Positions 1 to 8,606 are shown, counted from the stretch's first letter. The stretch is 58,600 nt of DNA from a virus (IMGVR_UViG_3300031834_000006:1-58600); one strand, 5' to 3'. Translations and numbers: made by a program. The notes: generated by a model from the sequence alone, not told the origin.

Positions 1-37
1 CGAGAGTAGGCATCGTTTTATTAAGTTAAAGGATGGG

Positions 38-72
38 GCTAAGGGGTATCTTGTTTAAGGATACCCCTTAGC
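38..72 (-). terminator. Hairpin downstream of the major capsid gene (likely terminator or processing stem)
   Basis: GCTAAGGGGTATC...GATACCCCTTAGC perfect 13-bp inverted repeat about 10 nt past the capsid stop; the U-tract is weak. Confidence 0.55.
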
Positions 73-81
73 GTTTAGGGT

Positions 82-1356
82 TTAGGCAGCAGGGGTGGTG
101 CTAGTGCGTTGGAACACAACAACGTACCCAAAGTTAGTCTTAATTGGCTTCGAAGCAGAAGCAAGAACTCCACGGAAGAAACCAATAGTACCGTCTGGGT
201 TAAGCAATTCGGATTGGATGTTGGTCCAACGGAAGTCACCGCGATAATTAACGGGATTGAACGTAAGGCCGGAAACACCAGAAATTGGTTCTGGGATCAG
301 GGACTCCATTACTTCTTCGTGTAGCACGTAAGCAGCCTCATATGCAGCCCCATCATAACCTGTATTTGGGATAACAACGTCACTCGCAAGAGTATACGGT
401 GAAATCCGAGTAAATACGCTACTAACCAGTGCAAAGCGTGGAGCCATGTCATCAACCAAGTGGTAGTAACCACGGAACGACTTCTCGATTCCAAGAGGGG
501 CAATTAGCTCGCTAACCTTGGAAGCGTTGTAGCGAACGTCGTCGCGGAATCCAGCTTCGGTTTGCAAAGCGTACGAAGCTTCCGAGCTAAGGACCAGACC
601 AAACACTGGGCGACCGTTTTCACGGCCGTAAGCTTTGGTGCCAGCACCTGCGCGAACCAACTTGAAGTACAAGCCATCAAGAATCTTGTTCGAAACGTTA
701 GCGGTTGGGTAAGTGGCATTCGCAGCAATTTTGGCAGCAGAAGTTTGAGTGCCTGAATTTTTTGAAGTAGTAAGATCCGTTGACGTAGCTGCACAAGTAA
801 TAAGATTAGCGCAAAGAAGATCGTACTCATCACGGTAACGCTCTTCCCACGAGAAACGGGTGGACTCTTTAAGAATATCCATAATAGCACGAAGTTGCTC
901 TTGGCGGTGAGCCGCAAAGCGAAGGTCTTCAATGTTAATACGTGGAGACTCAAGAACAGCACGCTTAAGCGAATAAGCTTTAAGTGAGCGAGTAAAGTCA
1001 ACTAGAGACTTGCCAGTTTGTGGAGCAAGCGTATTTTTCACACCACCGGTTAGGAAGCCAGCAGAAGTGCGGTCTTCAGCGTCTGGACCAAGATTAGTCC
1101 AGCTAACACCAAGAGTACCGTCAGGCGTACCATCAGAGTTAGCGTCCTTAATAGGAAGCGAACGGTCATAGATAATGGTATTAAGCTGATAGCCCATGTC
1201 GCTTGGGAAAGCAGACTTCTTAATGAGGTCGATCCAAGGACTGGTGTGAAGGGTTTGCGCGTAGATGTCAGAACCAATACGGTTCGCTTCTTGCGTAAGA
1301 ATAGTGTTAATGGCAGCGGTTGCGCTGCCCGGATTGAATGTACCAATTGCGGCCAT
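82..1356 (-). CDS. Major capsid protein
   Basis: 424 aa; follows portal and an acidic coiled-coil scaffold; has its own promoter and a downstream hairpin; composition typical of a phage MCP. Confidence 0.8.
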   Translation of the reverse strand: MAAIGTFNPGSATAAINTILTQEANRIGSDIYAQTLHTSPWIDLIKKSAFPSDMGYQLNTIIYDRSLPIKDANSDGTPDGTLGVSWTNLGPDAEDRTSAGFLTGGVKNTLAPQTGKSLVDFTRSLKAYSLKRAVLESPRINIEDLRFAAHRQEQLRAIMDILKESTRFSWEERYRDEYDLLCANLITCAATSTDLTTSKNSGTQTSAAKIAANATYPTANVSNKILDGLYFKLVRAGAGTKAYGRENGRPVFGLVLSSEASYALQTEAGFRDDVRYNASKVSELIAPLGIEKSFRGYYHLVDDMAPRFALVSSVFTRISPYTLASDVVIPNTGYDGAAYEAAYVLHEEVMESLIPEPISGVSGLTFNPVNYRGDFRWTNIQSELLNPDGTIGFFRGVLASASKPIKTNFGYVVVFQRTSTTPAA

Positions 1357-1587
1357 AAAAGTAGTTTAGTAAGGAGTTAAAATTAAAAAGTTGAAACACA
1401 GGGTGCTTTGTACGAAAACCAAATTGCGCATAGGCTTGGAATTCTAAAGCGGTTTTGTTAAACAACTTCCACGGTTTAATTTTCTTACTCCCTTTTTGTA
1501 GCGCAGTATGCTTTTTAAGGCGGGTCCCACTGGCAGGACGGTGAGGAGTGTTTTAGAAATTTGGAACGCGTTTCTTTGTTCGTGGGT

Positions 1588-1617
1588 AATGTAACACCGA
1601 ATGTTGCAATACGTCAA
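1588..1617 (-). promoter_or_regulatory. Sigma70-type promoter for the capsid gene
   Basis: TTGACG-N18-TACATT on the minus strand, giving a ~220-nt 5' UTR. Confidence 0.55.
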
Positions 1618-1618
1618 C

Positions 1619-1659
1619 AAAAAAAATTAACCCCGCCTATTAAAATTAGGCGGGGTTAA
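1619..1659 (-). terminator. Intrinsic terminator after the scaffold gene
   Basis: TTAACCCCGCCTA / TAGGCGGGGTTAA 13-bp stem followed by a T8 run on the minus strand. Confidence 0.8.
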
Positions 1660-1684
1660 CCCAACAACAACCAACAGAAATTAT

Positions 1685-2824
1685 TTAACCGCCCAAGGCT
1701 TGGTTAATCGCATCAACAAACGATCCGGCCACGCGGGTGGCTTGGCCAGTGCTGCTTGCAGAACCGCTTCCGGTTTTTGGGCTAGCCTTTTTAAACGACT
1801 CTAACTCGTCCAAAGCTTCTTCCAGTTCCGAACGCAAGCTAGAAAACTCACGTACGAGTTTTGGAAACACATCCCCGGCAATTTTGGAGTACACTTTGTT
1901 GTGCAAGTCCAATCCGTCGAAGTCGGTATCCCCCGCACGCTTTGCAACGTTGCTAAAGTCCAAGTCCTCAATAGTTTTAAGGAAGGGAACCTTTGAAACC
2001 AACTTGTCGTAAACTTGCTGGGCCGCTTGGTGCCTTTGCTCGTAAGCCTTTGCGGAATCCTGCTTTGCATTTTCAGCATCGATTTGCTCAAGCTCAGCCA
2101 AAGCCGCAGAAGCATTTTCTGAAAGAACTTGTTTGCGAGCAACGATTAAAGGAACTTGTTCGGCCAAAGCGTAAATAGCCAACTTATCGCGCTCCTTAAC
2201 GCCTTCCAACAAGCTCTCCAAAGCTGTGTCTTGTTGGTCCCGGTCCGAGTAACTAAGGGCTTCAATAAGTTCGTCCGAGTCGATTCCGTACTTGCTGGCA
2301 ATTGCGTCAGCCGTTTCAACGATTTGGACCATTGGAGCCTGAACCTCGTTTTGGTAAGCCTTTGTTGACTCCAACTTGGTAATGGCCAAGGCTTGCTCGT
2401 ACTGGGCAATAGTTTGTTCGATTTCTTCTGTTTCCTTGGTTCTGGACTGAAGCTCGTTTACCAATTGCTCGCGCTCTTGCAATTGCTGGCGCAGCTCAAC
2501 AAGATCGGTGTTTGCTTGCTTTAGCTCATTTTTAATTTGCTTAAAGCGTCGGCCAGCCTTGCCCCCAATTCCGTCTTCAGGTTCTTCCAAGCTTTGTTCC
2601 GGCTCGGGATCGTCAATGGGTAGGGTAGGCTCGGGCTCGGTTCCTTCAGTAACTGTAGGAACGTCTTCTACGGTAGAGGACTTTGGATCGTAAGGTTTTT
2701 CCGGAGCAACTTCTTGCGGCTCTGGCTGGCTTGGGTTTTCCGCAGCGTTAAAGGCTGCTTCAATTGAGGAAAAGAAGTCGCCTCCTCCACCCTCTACTGG
2801 TACTACTTCGGTTACTTCACTCAT
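1685..2824 (-). CDS. Capsid scaffolding protein
   Basis: 379 aa; acidic P/E-rich N-terminus and long predicted coiled coil; lies between portal and MCP. Confidence 0.7.
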   Translation of the reverse strand: MSEVTEVVPVEGGGGDFFSSIEAAFNAAENPSQPEPQEVAPEKPYDPKSSTVEDVPTVTEGTEPEPTLPIDDPEPEQSLEEPEDGIGGKAGRRFKQIKNELKQANTDLVELRQQLQEREQLVNELQSRTKETEEIEQTIAQYEQALAITKLESTKAYQNEVQAPMVQIVETADAIASKYGIDSDELIEALSYSDRDQQDTALESLLEGVKERDKLAIYALAEQVPLIVARKQVLSENASAALAELEQIDAENAKQDSAKAYEQRHQAAQQVYDKLVSKVPFLKTIEDLDFSNVAKRAGDTDFDGLDLHNKVYSKIAGDVFPKLVREFSSLRSELEEALDELESFKKASPKTGSGSASSTGQATRVAGSFVDAINQALGG

Positions 2825-3156
2825 AAATTTAGATTATTGTTAGGCTGTACGTAGCTCCACTCGTCTTCCTGCATATTTTCTACAGGCAAAACAGTTAATC
2901 GGTTTAAAGAATCTACAAAGTCACAGTACCCCGCAAGGTACGCGTGGTTAATGGCTAAGGCGTGATCGTCGGAAGAACTTAGGTTAGCTCCGGTAGGCAT
3001 TGCTGAGTTCCGTACAATAGCACAAGCAAGCATAAAAGAAGGATTTGAAAAAACTTTTCGGAGTTCGTCAACGTTTTGTAAGTTCGAGAACCAGTGCTGA
3101 ATTGGAATTGGAACGGCCGCGCCCATTGCAGCGGCACGCTTTTTTGGTAAAGACAT
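2821..3156 (-). CDS. Small head-module protein (between portal and scaffold)
   Basis: 111 aa; translationally coupled; conserved position in podovirus head operons. Confidence 0.6.
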   Translation of the reverse strand: MSLPKKRAAAMGAAVPIPIQHWFSNLQNVDELRKVFSNPSFMLACAIVRNSAMPTGANLSSSDDHALAINHAYLAGYCDFVDSLNRLTVLPVENMQEDEWSYVQPNNNLNL

Positions 3157-3159
3157 AAT

Positions 3160-5406
3160 TTACTTTGAATTTGGACCTTGCAAGCTAGAGGCCATTTTGG
3201 CATCAGCCAAGGCACGCTCTTGCGAAGCCTTTGCAGCTCTAATTTGTAGTTCTAATTCGCCTTTTTTCTTAAGGAAGTCAAGCTTTAATTCTTGCTCCAT
3301 TACTTTTAAGTCGGTTTGGCTTGTGGTTTCCGCGCCGGACTGCGGTTGTTGCTGGCCTTCTTTTTGCTGTTTCTGGGCGGCTCGGGTAGCGTTTAAGATC
3401 TTTTGTCCGGTTTGTTGCAGTACTTCTTGCGCTTGCGCCACAATAACCGAAGCGGTTGGGTCTTGAGCCAGTTGTTGCATGTGCTCGGAAGCGTGGTCGT
3501 TAAGGACTTGCAGTACGGGCAGGGTTTGTACAAGGTCAGCTTCGCCCGAATCAATTGCGGCGGTAAGCTGTACCAGCAATGGAAGGTGCTGGCCCAAGTG
3601 AGTTTCGTGCATTTCGCCGGGCTGTACAGAAACTGGGCGGCCCGTTTGCAACACACTATTTTCCAGCTCGGCAACTTTAAGGTCTTGGGGTGGGCGCGGA
3701 GATTCTGGGCTTTGCACGTAACGGGTTGCGTTTTCGTATCCAACCCGTGCGGCAACTCGGTCGTAAATAACGTTGCGTTTGCCGACCTCGTCCAGCATGG
3801 GCATAAGTTGTTCCAAGTCGCCCAAGGCCGCGCTGCGGCTACTTGCGTTTCCGTAACCCACCGCTTTGGTTGCAATAGTTTTGTTGAAGTCCAAGGTCTT
3901 AATGGCCAAGGCACCAACCCCACGGTTTTCGCAGCGGCGGTAGAAGTCGCGCACGGCCGGATCTGACTTTGGTCCGTTAACCACGCGCCGTACAACTTCG
4001 CGTAATAACCTGCGCCAGCTCGAATAGAACTGGTTAATTTGTGCGGACGTTAAACGGGTTGCTTGTTCTAGCTCGGCCTGTACCTGTTGCTTGCTCCGGT
4101 AAGCTCCACCGCTTTCGGCCGGGGCAGTGGTAAAGAAGTCCAAGTTTTGTTTTAGCTGGCCCTGTAAGTTCTCTAAAGCGGGTCCAACCGTTGTGGCAAT
4201 GTTGGGCACGCCCTTTTCAATTACTTTAAAGTTCGGGGGCAGGACCGAGTAAGGCCCGTAAAAGGTCAAGCTTAAATCGTTTAGGGCCCGGGGAGTTTCG
4301 GGCGCAAGCATAATTGAGCTGGAAAGCATGGCCGAGTCAATAAGCTGGCACTGCAATCGGTTGCTTGTTTGAACGTGGTTGTAGATCCGGTGGCCTAAGC
4401 CACGAATTGAGTGGTACGTTCCGTTAGTTCCAACCCCGTACGTAAACAAAAGGTAGGCTTGTTCTGGATTATCGAATCGGTTTGCGCCTTTGTGCAAAAA
4501 TGCTTTTGGGCTTTGCTCGGCAAAGCTAAAGTTTGAAACGGAACCGTCGAACTCGCGTACCCACAAGTTTACCACGTTTACCACGTTAGCGCGGATTCCG
4601 GTGTAGAGGTCATTGTTTTTTAGCTCGCGCTGTACGTCTTCCCAGTCAGTGTATTGCCGGGCCGAGTTCTGGGTAGTGGCGGTTTTAATTACTCGGCGGA
4701 CCTCTTCTACGTCCCAACCGTTTTGTGCGGCAACTTCTTCGTTTTCAATAAAGCTGTAAAGCTCGTGCACCATGTACGCACGGCGTGCGCAAGCGACCTC
4801 AACCGAGTGCTCGCTGGCTTGTGTTTGGCGCGGAATAAGATAGTCGGCCAAGCCGCAAGCGCGGAACCGAAAATTGAACTCGTCCTCGAAGTACGTAACG
4901 CCTACCCCGTGCATTAGGAACTGGTTTACCAAGCGCAGGTAAGTCCCGTAGAACTCGGGCCAGCTCCTTAAAGTGCGGGTAATTTCTTCAGCAATTACTC
5001 CGTCGTGGTGCATACGTTCGCCGGGCTCGCCCAAGGTTGTTTCGACCTGAACCAAGCTATCAACCGAGTCAATAAGGTCAACGTAACCGCTGGCAGCAAT
5101 ATCCAAAAAGCGACCAGCCTCACCAAAGTTAAGGTTGCAACGGCTTCCTTGGTTTGTAGATTTTAAAACGGCCGGGTCGTAAGGCGGGGCACCATCGAAC
5201 ATGGCTTGGATCCGGCTACGGTTAACGTTTGCTTTTTCGTCGGCACGCAGCAAGGCTTGGAAAATTCCAACCGCAGCGTTAACGTCGGCCAAGCGGCTAC
5301 CCTTTGGGGGCTTTCCGGAATCGTCCAAGTTTAAAAGCTCAATTTCGGTTAGACCGTGCTGAGCCTGAGCTTGCTTGTTTCGTTCGAACGTTGTTGTGGG
5401 CGGCAC
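3160..5406 (-). CDS. Portal protein
   Basis: 748 aa; helical, with a Q-rich coiled-coil C-terminal barrel; first gene of the head operon. Confidence 0.75.
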   Translation of the reverse strand: MPPTTTFERNKQAQAQHGLTEIELLNLDDSGKPPKGSRLADVNAAVGIFQALLRADEKANVNRSRIQAMFDGAPPYDPAVLKSTNQGSRCNLNFGEAGRFLDIAASGYVDLIDSVDSLVQVETTLGEPGERMHHDGVIAEEITRTLRSWPEFYGTYLRLVNQFLMHGVGVTYFEDEFNFRFRACGLADYLIPRQTQASEHSVEVACARRAYMVHELYSFIENEEVAAQNGWDVEEVRRVIKTATTQNSARQYTDWEDVQRELKNNDLYTGIRANVVNVVNLWVREFDGSVSNFSFAEQSPKAFLHKGANRFDNPEQAYLLFTYGVGTNGTYHSIRGLGHRIYNHVQTSNRLQCQLIDSAMLSSSIMLAPETPRALNDLSLTFYGPYSVLPPNFKVIEKGVPNIATTVGPALENLQGQLKQNLDFFTTAPAESGGAYRSKQQVQAELEQATRLTSAQINQFYSSWRRLLREVVRRVVNGPKSDPAVRDFYRRCENRGVGALAIKTLDFNKTIATKAVGYGNASSRSAALGDLEQLMPMLDEVGKRNVIYDRVAARVGYENATRYVQSPESPRPPQDLKVAELENSVLQTGRPVSVQPGEMHETHLGQHLPLLVQLTAAIDSGEADLVQTLPVLQVLNDHASEHMQQLAQDPTASVIVAQAQEVLQQTGQKILNATRAAQKQQKEGQQQPQSGAETTSQTDLKVMEQELKLDFLKKKGELELQIRAAKASQERALADAKMASSLQGPNSK

Positions 5407-5413
5407 AACGCGA

Positions 5414-5443
5414 AAAGTACCTTGAACCTGTACCCAGAGTCAA
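5414..5443 (-). promoter_or_regulatory. Sigma70-type promoter, probably leaderless portal mRNA
   Basis: TTGACT-N18-TACTTT ending 7 nt before the GTG start. Confidence 0.55.
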
Positions 5444-5707
5444 GCTTATTTTTTAAGAATCATGTATACCAATAAAATAATCTTTTACCCAAACAGCCGG
5501 AATCTGCCGACACCTTCCTATGTGCGAACCGAAAAACCAGCCTGAAAATTGCCGGAAGGTGCCGGAATCATTGTAACCGCGTTTGCATAAAGGGGTGCTG
5601 CGGGGCTTTGTATGGTGGTCAACACTAAAATATCTTACTTTTACCCAAAAACGCCGCCAGCACCCCTTAAAAGGCCAAAAAACGGTACGTGAGTCCTGTT
5701 TCGTAAT

Positions 5708-6163
5708 TCAGATTCCGGTTTTCAGGCCAGCTAGCCGGATTAACGATGCACGAGTCAGGGTGCGTCTGCGGCCTTTGCGGTCGTAAAGCACAAACCTTTC
5801 GGCCCGAGCAGATGTATCCAAGTTCAGTTTGTTTAGAATCCCGCTGGGCTTTAAGCAGTACGGCTGGCCTGTAAGGTCAACGAAGTACGTTACAAAGCCG
5901 GGCAAGGGTTCCAAGCCCGGAATAAGTTCTTGGTCGTCTAGGGCGCGAGCAAGAGACCTGCGCAGTACGCTGGTGCGGTGGCCGTTCTGGTCATAGAGCT
6001 TGAAAGCCTCTTCACCGTTTGGGGTAACAAAACGCGAAACGTTAACCGAGCCGGACTTTGGCCCACGCTTGGTTGGGGTCTTGCAGAAGGGTTGCCCGGT
6101 TTGGTCGAACGAGTAGTTTGGGAATCGAGCGAGCTCGTAATTTTTAGTTTGTGTGTTTTGCAT
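5708..6163 (-). CDS. Protein with two NUMOD4-like DNA-binding motifs (possibly a homing endonuclease remnant)
   Basis: Internal duplication: ELARFPNYSFDQTGQPFC / EPLPGFVTYFVDLTGQPYC and LYDQNGHRTSV / LYDRKGRRRTL; no HNH catalytic motif seen. Confidence 0.5.
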   Translation of the reverse strand: MQNTQTKNYELARFPNYSFDQTGQPFCKTPTKRGPKSGSVNVSRFVTPNGEEAFKLYDQNGHRTSVLRRSLARALDDQELIPGLEPLPGFVTYFVDLTGQPYCLKPSGILNKLNLDTSARAERFVLYDRKGRRRTLTRASLIRLAGLKTGI

Positions 6164-6207
6164 AAGTCGCGGAATGCCTTAGCGCGGATTATTTCGCGGG
6201 TCAAGCA

Positions 6208-6425
6208 AAAACTGTCTACCACATACCCTCTTATATATTCTTTTTTCTAGACATGGTCAAAGACCATGCACTGGACAGTTTTGACCTTTATTGTAACAAT
6301 GTAACTTTTGTTGACAAATCAATGAGTTATATAAATAACTGTCTACAACAACTGTCCAGTGCATGGTCAAATCACTTTTATTTTGAAATACTTTTCAAAG
6401 TGGTGGGTGTGGATGTAGACAGTTA
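6208..6425. repeat. 218-bp non-coding palindromic element, copy 1
   Basis: Highly similar to 29731-29948; terminal IR AACTGTCTAC / GTAGACAGTT; internal perfect 19-bp IR at 6262-6280 / 6350-6368. Confidence 0.9.
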
Positions 6426-6475
6426 TAGGTCATTTTAGGTACTCAAATGAACTGTAGTTCCCAATAACTTTTGCG

Positions 6476-6778
6476 TTACTTTTTACTGTCCAGAACCCGC
6501 AACAAGCGGTCCCACGCTGGCCAAAAAATGTTATCCAGCGCACGCACAACCGCCTCGGATTCGTACTTTTCGCTCCAACCAACCCCGCTAATAAGCAGGG
6601 TCGCTTCAATCATTTCGTGCCGCAAAGTCTCGCGCAAGGTAACCGGGTCGCGCAAGAGTTCTATGTCAAGCTCTATCCTCATTTTATCGTAAATGAATTG
6701 CCCGTAAGCGTCGTCAAGTTCTTTAAACTGAATCTTGACTCGCGCACCGCCCACCATAATTGACTTAGGTATTTTCAT
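6476..6778 (-). CDS. Small phage metallopeptidase-like protein (HExxE variant)
   Basis: MKIPKSIMVGG...YGQF...TLRHEMIEA...EAVV; ATGA overlap with the upstream HNH gene. Confidence 0.55.
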   Translation of the reverse strand: MKIPKSIMVGGARVKIQFKELDDAYGQFIYDKMRIELDIELLRDPVTLRETLRHEMIEATLLISGVGWSEKYESEAVVRALDNIFWPAWDRLLRVLDSKK

Positions 6779-7362
6779 TGGAACTTCTTTGATATTGTGT
6801 GAACTCGATCTAGAAAGTCGTGCAGGTTGCTGGTGCCTTTTGCGTAATTGCACGTAACGCAGCACGGAACGCAGTTGTCGTAAGTGTAGCCCACCTTGTT
6901 TTGCAGTCGGTCAATTCCCCAAGTTTTGTTTTCAACTGGTGTTTCGCCGCAGAAAAAGCAAGGTCTTTCAAATAATTCCAGCATTTCGTCCTTGGTTAGC
7001 GTGTGCGCAAGGCCCCGGCTCTTTGCAGAACTTGCGTTCTTTGTGCTCCACGCTTTAAAACGTGCGTCCCGGCTATTGCCCAACGTTCTTTTGTAGTGCT
7101 TTAAAGGCCTATTTACGGCTTTTTTTCTTTGGTTATACCAGTTTACTCTTCCTAACGTGGTGAAAAACATTCCCCCGGCAACGCTTTGACTGTACGCGTA
7201 AAAAACTTTGCTACCAAAAACTTCGTAACGCCTAAACTTTGCTTCTGGATTCAGTTTTATCCACGCACGAAGGGCTTGCCACTCCGCGCCGGACAAAGTT
7301 TTGGTGCTGGGAACTAGGAAGCCAGCACGCCTGTGAGCCTTTATTTTTGCTTCTAAATCCAA
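6775..7362 (-). CDS. HNH endonuclease
   Basis: CFFCG...GIDRLQNKVGYTYDNCVPCCVTCNYAKG zinc-finger HNH signature. Confidence 0.85.
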   Translation of the reverse strand: MDLEAKIKAHRRAGFLVPSTKTLSGAEWQALRAWIKLNPEAKFRRYEVFGSKVFYAYSQSVAGGMFFTTLGRVNWYNQRKKAVNRPLKHYKRTLGNSRDARFKAWSTKNASSAKSRGLAHTLTKDEMLELFERPCFFCGETPVENKTWGIDRLQNKVGYTYDNCVPCCVTCNYAKGTSNLHDFLDRVHTISKKFQ

Positions 7363-7842
7363 TTACTAAGCATTAAAGCATAATTTTGCGCCGTTCCAAA
7401 GAGAATTTTTTTTTGCAGGGGTGTATATATAGTATATAGAGTTGGAAAAAAAAATTGGCCACCCCCCAGTAGCCCCGCCGTGCACGCTGGTGCCCGCCCC
7501 CAGATCCTGCTAGATTTACCCAATTTGGCCCATCTAACAGTGAATCATGCGTCATGTACCGTGATTCATGGTCCATAACTCGTTGATACTGAAGCCTTAG
7601 TACTTTCAACTTGTTACAACGTATATAATACGGAGTCCAGTTTCTGGGTTCTGGATGCTGGGTTCTTGGGTCCGGCTCCGGCGGGGCTGGATGCGTAGGA
7701 CAAGCAACGTCCTATGGTGCTCTGGTATTACCCCGGGCATAGGACATTGCTTGTCCTACCCCGCATCCTGCACCGTGGATCTTGCATCTTGCATCCTGCA
7801 CCGTGTACCTTGGACCGCAGGGTACACTTGCGCGGTGCGGTG

Positions 7843-7935
7843 TACTACAAACCTAGTAACAAGATGCTTGGTGCTTGGTACTACAAACTTAGTACTTGTT
7901 AGTTTAAGCACTACTACAAACCTAGTACTTGTTAG
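7843..7935 (+). repeat. Triple direct repeat TACTACAAAC(C/T)TAGTA
   Basis: Copies start at 7843, 7879 and 7912; the last two match over 24 bp with 1 mismatch. Confidence 0.85.
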
Positions 7936-8067
7936 ACTAATCTAACGGGTGCTTTTCAACCCCCAAACCTTGTTAGTTAGCCTAACACTTTGAAAATAGT
8001 TTCGGCCCTGCAACCCTTGTAAACACTAAGAAAACTACCCGTTTGTGCCTTGGGTAAAAAATAATTG

Positions 8068-8095
8068 TAGACAGTTTCAACGGTAAGTGTAGCTT
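8068..8095 (+). promoter_or_regulatory. Putative early promoter upstream of the ribozyme array
   Basis: TAGACA-N16-TAGCTT preceded by an A-rich UP-like tract; lies ~30 nt before hammerhead 1. Confidence 0.4.
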
Positions 8096-8128
8096 GTGGT
8101 CGTTGCTGACAGCGGCGGCCAAACCAAA

Positions 8129-8182
8129 CCACCTGACGAAGGTCTCCGGCGGGAGACCGAAACCCCCTTGCGGGGGTCGTGG
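8129..8182 (+). ncRNA. Hammerhead ribozyme type I, copy 1 (predicted cleavage after C8178)
   Basis: CCAC CUGACGA A GGUCUCC-GGCG-GGAGACC GAAA CCCCC-UUGC-GGGGG UC^GUGG: complete catalytic core and three stems. Confidence 0.92.
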
Positions 8183-8215
8183 ACGCAAACAAGTCCCACT
8201 TACCAACCAACCACC

Positions 8216-8599
8216 ATGAAACAAGTAGACCTAAATATCGGGTTGGCCATTGGCCAGCAAAACAACGCACTGAGTTTAGCCCGTTGCAATCTCGGGCTGT
8301 CTCGTTTCGGGTTTTTGCCCGTACAACACCGCGTGTACGTTCGCGGGGGTTACGACGTACGGGGTTCCCAAAGCGGCGGCGAGAGCACTTACGCGGTGCG
8401 CTGCGCAGTGCTTGGGTCCCACTACGCAGCGGGGATATCCAACGAAGTGCCTGAGCGCATCCACGCATTGGCCGTTTGGCTGGACCAAGAGTGCATCGCG
8501 GCGGTGCCCCGTTGCGCAACCCCACCGTTCTTGGTGGGTCCAGCGGCTCACAAGTGGGGCGGCTGTTTTGAGGCACAGCTCTGGATCAGCGTAGACTAA
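8216..8599 (+). CDS. Early hypothetical protein (cargo of hammerhead 1)
   Basis: 127 aa, MKQVDLNIGL...; ATG follows an AC-rich leader; stop is 7 nt before hammerhead 2. Confidence 0.75.
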   Translation: MKQVDLNIGLAIGQQNNALSLARCNLGLSRFGFLPVQHRVYVRGGYDVRGSQSGGESTYAVRCAVLGSHYAAGISNEVPERIHALAVWLDQECIAAVPRCATPPFLVGPAAHKWGGCFEAQLWISVD

Positions 8600-8606
8600 C
8601 CTAAAA

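Noticed and set aside
8141-8177. The paired GC-rich hairpins as intrinsic terminators or REP elements
   Set aside because: No U-tract follows on the coding strand; the invariant parts are the single-stranded CUGACGA, GAAA and UC linkers, which terminators do not need.
7373-8576. ORFs of 60-200 aa in the 7.4-8.1 kb region and antisense to the early genes
   Set aside because: They are low-complexity, repeat-derived translations or shadows of plus-strand genes, without start context.
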